A DNA stretch of 64,000 bases from Hormiphora californensis (Eukaryota; Animalia; Ctenophora), in NCBI GenBank assembly GCA_020137815.1, contig CM035358.1:496001-560000 (forward strand). Reading direction: 5' to 3'. The translations under genes were made by a program, and so were the position numbers. The notes beneath the pieces were generated by a model. The model was given only the letters and a program-made list of their open reading frames with translations. It had not been told where the DNA came from and did no database searches. Of this stretch, positions 58,806-64,000 are shown in pieces. Every line of letters begins with the position of its first letter. Within the stretch, counting starts at the first letter, position 1.

Positions 58806-60294
58806 TCACATGTTTTTAGGGCGTGTTTCAATATCAGTCATGTTTCTGATATAAATCTGGTCAGGGGGGTGCTCCATATCTCCCAACTCAAACGTGTAAC
58901 TACTAGCAATAGCCAGCATGGTACCATCCTGATTGAAACACAAACTAGCAATGGAAGTTGGCATTTTCCGGAGCTGACACAACCGCTTCTTGTTGGCACT
59001 GTCCCAAATATTAACAAACCCATCACAACCCCCAGTAGCGAATGTGTTGTATCGTTGATGGAAGGCGATAGTGTTTACTGGATAAATAGTTTCAATACCC
59101 TCATCTTTGATCCTATGGCACTTGAAGGCGTACTTTTTAGACTGTATAGCAGGGGATGGATCGAGATATTCCACTGCAACACGTCCCTCACATGAGCTCA
59201 ACACATATCCCTGCTTGTTAGGGAAACATCTGATACACCGGGTCATGAACTTTAGTGCACTCTCCTTCCTCTGTGCTTCCTGTTTCATGTTCCTGATGTC
59301 CCATACTAGGACCCTCCTCCCTCCTGTCCCTACTACCAGCATCTCGTCAACTTGACCCATCGTGTAGACTCGGTCTGGGTGCTCACTAGTGTGGACACAC
59401 TCTCTTGCCCTGGCATCCCACAGCTTCACCTGAGAGAGGAATATGAACAGGGAGGAATAGGGAGAAGTAGGGAGGGATAGGGAGAAGTAGGGAGGAATAG
59501 GGAGAAGTAGGGAGGAATAGGGAGAAACAGGGAGGAATAGGGAGAAGTAGGGAGGGATATGGAGAAACAGGGAGGAATAGGGAGAAGTAGGGAGGGATAT
59601 GGAGAAACAGGGAGGAATAGGGAGAAGTAGGGAGGGATATGGAGAAACAGGGAGGAATAGGGAGAAGTAGGGAGGGATATGGAGAAACAGGGAGGAATAG
59701 GGAGGATTAGAAGCTCATTATAGTGAGTGGAGGAGTTTAAAAGAAGGCTGGTTTCCAAGACATTGTAAAGCTACAATCTAATAGTTTCTACTTTGTCTAC
59801 AACAATGTGCCAACTGATAATCGACCCAACGTACCTGTTTATCCCAACTTCCGGTTACAGCTAAATTAACCTCACTATTCCATTCTACACATGTTATAGC
59901 ATCATTGTGGGTCCCCACTACAGTTTCAGAGTGAGTATTCAAATCAAACATCTTCAGTTGCCCATCCAGCCCACCAGCCAGTGCAGTTGTAGCGGTAATG
60001 AAGGAGCAATCCAGGACCGCATCAGAGTGGTCGAACTTGGCTCGCAGTGAGTTGTTAGCAACATCGTACAACCTGGTGCTCTGGAAAATTAAGGGAACTG
60101 TTGAATTTGTCTTAATTCTGGTAAAATACATACTATGGTACCATTATTTATTTCTACATAGTTTGAACTACAATTCAGAATTACCCATTCCTTACCGAGT
60201 CCCAGGATGAAACTAGGAGGAAGTTGTTTGCTCCAAAAGTAACGTTAGTGATTCCATCTGTCGGAGGAGAATTCAGCTGGAAATCCTGTGCCAT
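58806..60294 (-). CDS. BUB3: Mitotic checkpoint protein BUB3, 3 exons (60294-60196, 60080-59835, 59429-58806)
   Basis: PPTDGIT, FLLVSSWD, RLYDVANNSLR, VTGSWD, EGRVAVEYLDPS, KKYAFKCHR, IYPVN, FATGGCDG, ASSY, ETRPK. Confidence 0.96.
59448..59706. repeat. 20-bp purine/pyrimidine-biased minisatellite in BUB3 intron 2
   Basis: GGAGAAGTAGGGAGGAATAG-type units, ~13 copies. Confidence 0.9.
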
Positions 60295-60792
60295 TCCTGT
60301 AACAATCGTGCACATTAGCCAATGAAGATATTAGTGGCATAACATGGTAATCGGTGCAACAGTAGAAAATAGTACAAGTAAGGAGCATTACAAAGGTTGA
60401 CTCCTTCACGTGACACGTGTCCTGATGGCTGACGATGCAATCTAGGTCTAAAATCTTAGCTAGGGGAGAATCGAAAACAATGGGTACCAAAATATACAAT
60501 TTGTAGTCAACATGTCCTGAGGACATTGTTTTCCCTTTTTCATTTTTGCCTTTTGGGGTAAGGAGTTGTTTTCAAGAACGAGGATCATCAATATTTTCGA
60601 AGACGGCGACGCGTCAAAGACCAAAGTGGTAATGTAATGTTTGAACAAATGTCCCGAATCCCCTTTCAAAACATTGCTTTTTTAGTGCTTTTGTAAATGG
60701 TTCTAAAACAAAATCCCAACAAAATAAAATTTTGATGGTTTGCGAGTATTCTTAAGAGGGACGGCAAGAAAAAGCCGATCAGGCCTCAAAGC

Positions 60793-61645
60793 TGAAAAAA
60801 ATGGTCGCCGTTACGATCTGGAACATGCCTCTAACCCAAACCCCAACCATAACCCTAACCCTACTTTAGCCTTAACCCTAAAAAACCGTTTGTCAGCACT
60901 CACGAGACACCCAGATTTTAACGCTGACCAAAAAAAATGGGCGCCGTTACGATCTGGGTGTTTGGAGGCCTGTTTACAGGTGCACGCTGCCAAAAAAGTT
61001 GATTCACTAAAATAAATAATAAATAAATAAAAAAAATAATAAAATAATAAAAATAAATAATAATAGTAACAGTTTATATCCCGCTCTGACACAGTTTGTA
61101 ATATGCAAATGGTCCGCCTTTCCGAAAAACAGTGACTGCAACCAGATGCCTGCTCCTAGAGCAGTCCTTTATCTTCGGCGTATGGTGAGATTAGGAGGTG
61201 ATTTTCTTATGGATGATTGATCAGGCATGGACGTGAATATCGGCAACACGTTTTCTGAGGAGTTAAATTCCTCGGGAGGGTTATTTGCTCCCAAGGTTGA
61301 CGGCTAGTGTCTCAAGCCTAGATTGGGTACTTCTCACAGTGGAAAGACAACAGCACTGACAGTGAAAGGAAAAATACCGATGGGTAGTAGATCGACAGTA
61401 AAACAGCAGACCAACAGACAGGACTAAGGACAAGACTATGGACAAGACTATGAATCAGAAAATGGCTCTAACCGCCAAACCACTTAACCGTTTTGGCTGA
61501 TTCATAGTTTATCTGGTAGGGAATGTCAAGGCCTAACCCCAACCCAAACCCCAACCCTAACCCTAACCCTACTTTTGCCCTAACCCTAAAAAACCGTTTG
61601 TCAGCACTCCCAAAACACCCAGATTTGAACGCTGGCCAAAAAAAA
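60793..61645. mobile_element. Copies of the (CCCTAA)-containing dispersed repeat, interrupted by a segment (~61010-61420) with a minus-strand (TTA)n-like tail
   Basis: Near identity to 44735-45000; AAT-rich tract at 61010-61070 next to CAGAGCGGGATATAAACTG on the minus strand. Confidence 0.6.
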
Positions 61646-61666
61646 TTGTCGAACTTTTAGAAAAAT

Positions 61667-62049
61667 AAGGAACCATAATAAAGTTCAAGAGCGCACCCCA
61701 TCCAAGAGCGTACCACCTCCAAAAGACACCACTCCAAGAGCGCACCACATCAAAGAGAGCTCCCCATCCAGAAGATACCGCGCGCAGGGGACACCACGCG
61801 CAGAAGAGACCGCACGCGCAAATACAACGCCGCGCTGGTCTCTTCTGCGCGTGGTGTCCCCTGCGCGTGGTATCTTCTGGATGGGGAGCTCTCTTTGATG
61901 TGGTGCGCTCTTGAAGTGGTGTCTTCTGGAGGTGGTGCGCTCTTGGATGTGGTCTCTTTTGGGTATGGTGCGCTCTCAGGTGTGGTCTCTCTTCGATAGG
62001 GTGCGCTCTTGGGTGCTCTTGGAGGCTCTTGAACTTTATTATGGTTCCT
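61667..62049. mobile_element. Palindromic MITE-like element with ~18-bp internal subrepeats
   Basis: TA|AGGAACCATAATAAAGTTCAAGAGC ... GCTCTTGAACTTTATTATGGTTCCT|TA; inner ~85-bp near-perfect hairpin 61726-61810 / 61836-61923. Confidence 0.75.
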
Positions 62050-62164
62050 TATATCTTAAAAAATTTTTTTTTCTAAAAGGGGGTTAAAATGGGATTAGAT
62101 AACAATATCAATATAAAAACACCGGTCTCCCATGGGGGAGAAGATTAATAAATTACTGCATTGA

Positions 62165-64000
62165 TTAAAATTGATTAAATCGGGTAGAATTAAAAGAATT
62201 ATATAATAAGTTAATATCTTGTTTTTCACTCTTGTATTGTATTGTTTTGGTAAACTTATTGCCTCTATGGCCCCTTAAACTGATCACAGTTGTTCTGAGC
62301 AGGGTGAAGGACAATCGCTGCCTGATATAACGGATGGTATCAGGATAAGCCTGTTTGGTTTTGTCAGCAAGCAGCTTTGCTAGGCGCCTGTAGAATTTTT
62401 CTGCCTCGTTGCCCAGGGCACCAGTTATTGAAAACACAAGAGGGCAAAAACAGCTCTGCTCGACCTCAAGGACCCGTTCGTTATAGCACCGTTTTTTCTC
62501 GTCCTCGTGCCGTTTCAGAGCTGTATCGAGCGGGATGGCACTGTTGGTGGGTGCCAATGGATTAAAGATACGAACATCCGTGTAAATTTTGTCCATAGGA
62601 AGCCAAAAGTCCCTGGCAGCAACATCAAGGCGAGCATCGTTTGCAGTGTTCGCTGACTTTAGCCGGAACGTTTCGCCAGTGATTGGGAGAAGATGGGGTT
62701 CTCTTGAAACATCACGGCATCCGGCCTCTTTCAACAAGTTTGCAGTAAGGTCCCGGATCTCATTGTGTCGGAGCTGTACGTAACCGCCAAGATGACAAGA
62801 GAGGCTGTGTTCAGTGGTGTTAGGTTTTCCACACGGACAATTTGGTGGTCTACCCTCAAGTTCCAAGCAGTAGCGGAGGGACATGGAGTCCCAGAACTCC
62901 TGTTTGTTCAGATTGAACCTATGTTCCTTGAGGGGGAGAGATGTTACCCATATGGAAGACCCTCGCCGTGTTCTCTCTTGGTGGAAACGCTGTTCGTTGG
63001 GTGGTAGTGCCTCTCTCACAAGTTCTTCAGCCTTGGTCTGGTTCAGCCGTTTGGTGGTCAACATCTCGGATTTTGCAGACTCCAGCTCCCGCTTAAGCAA
63101 GTGCAAACTCTCTGGATCAAATTGTGTTTTCTGTTCGTTTATGATTTTGGAGAGAGGTGCAGTAGCCGCTGCAGAACTGGCGTATTCAAAATCCGCGATC
63201 TCGACGGGGTTGAAGATTCCAAGGCCCCCATGGCGGGCAGGGAGTGACAGAAGTTTCCGATTGTTTGGGGTCAGTTGGTTGCTGATTGTTTTTGGGATGA
63301 AAGTGGATGATATGATGTCTTCCAGTGGCTGGAAGAGATCAGAGATGTCCTTGGTAGTTCTCATAATAAACAACCACCGTTTGGAGAGTCCCATGATGTA
63401 AGCAGAGAATGATGGATGGGGCTCAGATGTTGAAAAATCAGATAAGTCTGTAAGCTCTTGGGCCCACGTCTCAACCTGTTGACTGACGTACTGTTTCTTA
63501 AACTCGTCGGTACCTAGGGGAGCTCCGAGATATCTTTGTCCCTCTGATGTAATATGCACACCTGTGTCCTTGAAAATAGAGCTGGCAGTGTTCTCAAGCC
63601 CAGGTTTGACGATCAGCACAGACTTCTTTCCATTGGGGAAGTAGCCTAATCCTGGGCCAACTTCGCACAGAATGTCCCACCACTTCCGCATAGCCAAGAG
63701 TTTCCCAACAGATGCACCGTCATCGGCAAAGAAGATCTGTGCACAGTCTGCCTCGGAAAGGGCTGAGATGAGAGGATTCAGGCTGATGCAGTACCAGGGA
63801 GATGCAAGGTTGCAACCCTGAGTGGTGCCTTCACTACTCAGAATGAAAGTGCCGTTCTGTAGGAAAAGTTTGGCAGGGGATCGGTAGATGTTGATCGTGA
63901 AGGTGGCGAGCGGGGGGCAAAGATAGCGGAGATTGACGAGAGCGGTTGCCCGATTAAGCACATTAAAGGCGTTGGTTGCATCCGCTAAGAGCACTCCCTC
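62165..64000 (-). mobile_element. CRE-clade non-LTR retrotransposon ORF (RT + zinc finger + restriction-like endonuclease), 5' end beyond the window
   Basis: DATNAFN, EGTTQG, FADD, GYFPNGKKS, RYLGAPLG, LPARHGGLG, CPCG...HSLSC, RHNEIRD, ARLDVAARDFW, DVR, HEDEKKRCY; uninterrupted 609-aa frame. Confidence 0.88.

Overview
Eukaryotic (animal) genomic DNA with compact, intron-rich genes. A non-bilaterian such as a ctenophore is my guess from gene architecture and cannot be proven here. Genes reconstructed by hand through GT-AG introns, in order: 3' end of an integrin alpha (+); a 14-exon Frizzled (+) with a 1-nt frameshift in TM6; long-chain acyl-CoA synthetase (+); an intronless SVOP/SV2-like MFS transporter (-); a tightly packed minus-strand run FABP-like, prenylcysteine oxidase, HTATIP2/TIP30, adrenodoxin reductase and sorting nexin 14 (with an intronic tRNA-Ser(GCT)); a small CNC/Maf-like bZIP (+) whose intron holds an RNase H-bearing LINE fused to a tRNA-derived head; a CYP4-clan P450 (-); BUB3 (-); and a CRE-clade retrotransposon at the right edge. 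Introns are full of non-autonomous foldback DNA transposons (pogo-like, MULE-like, Chapaev, a 3.4-kb spacerless palindrome). Most unusual observations: minisatellites that are tandem amplifications of functional splice sites (two in the P450 gene), an operon-like gene run with a splice acceptor just before every ATG, a SINE-LINE chimera, and a Penelope-type hammerhead fragment. About 48.2-49.5 kb looks like poor-quality sequence.
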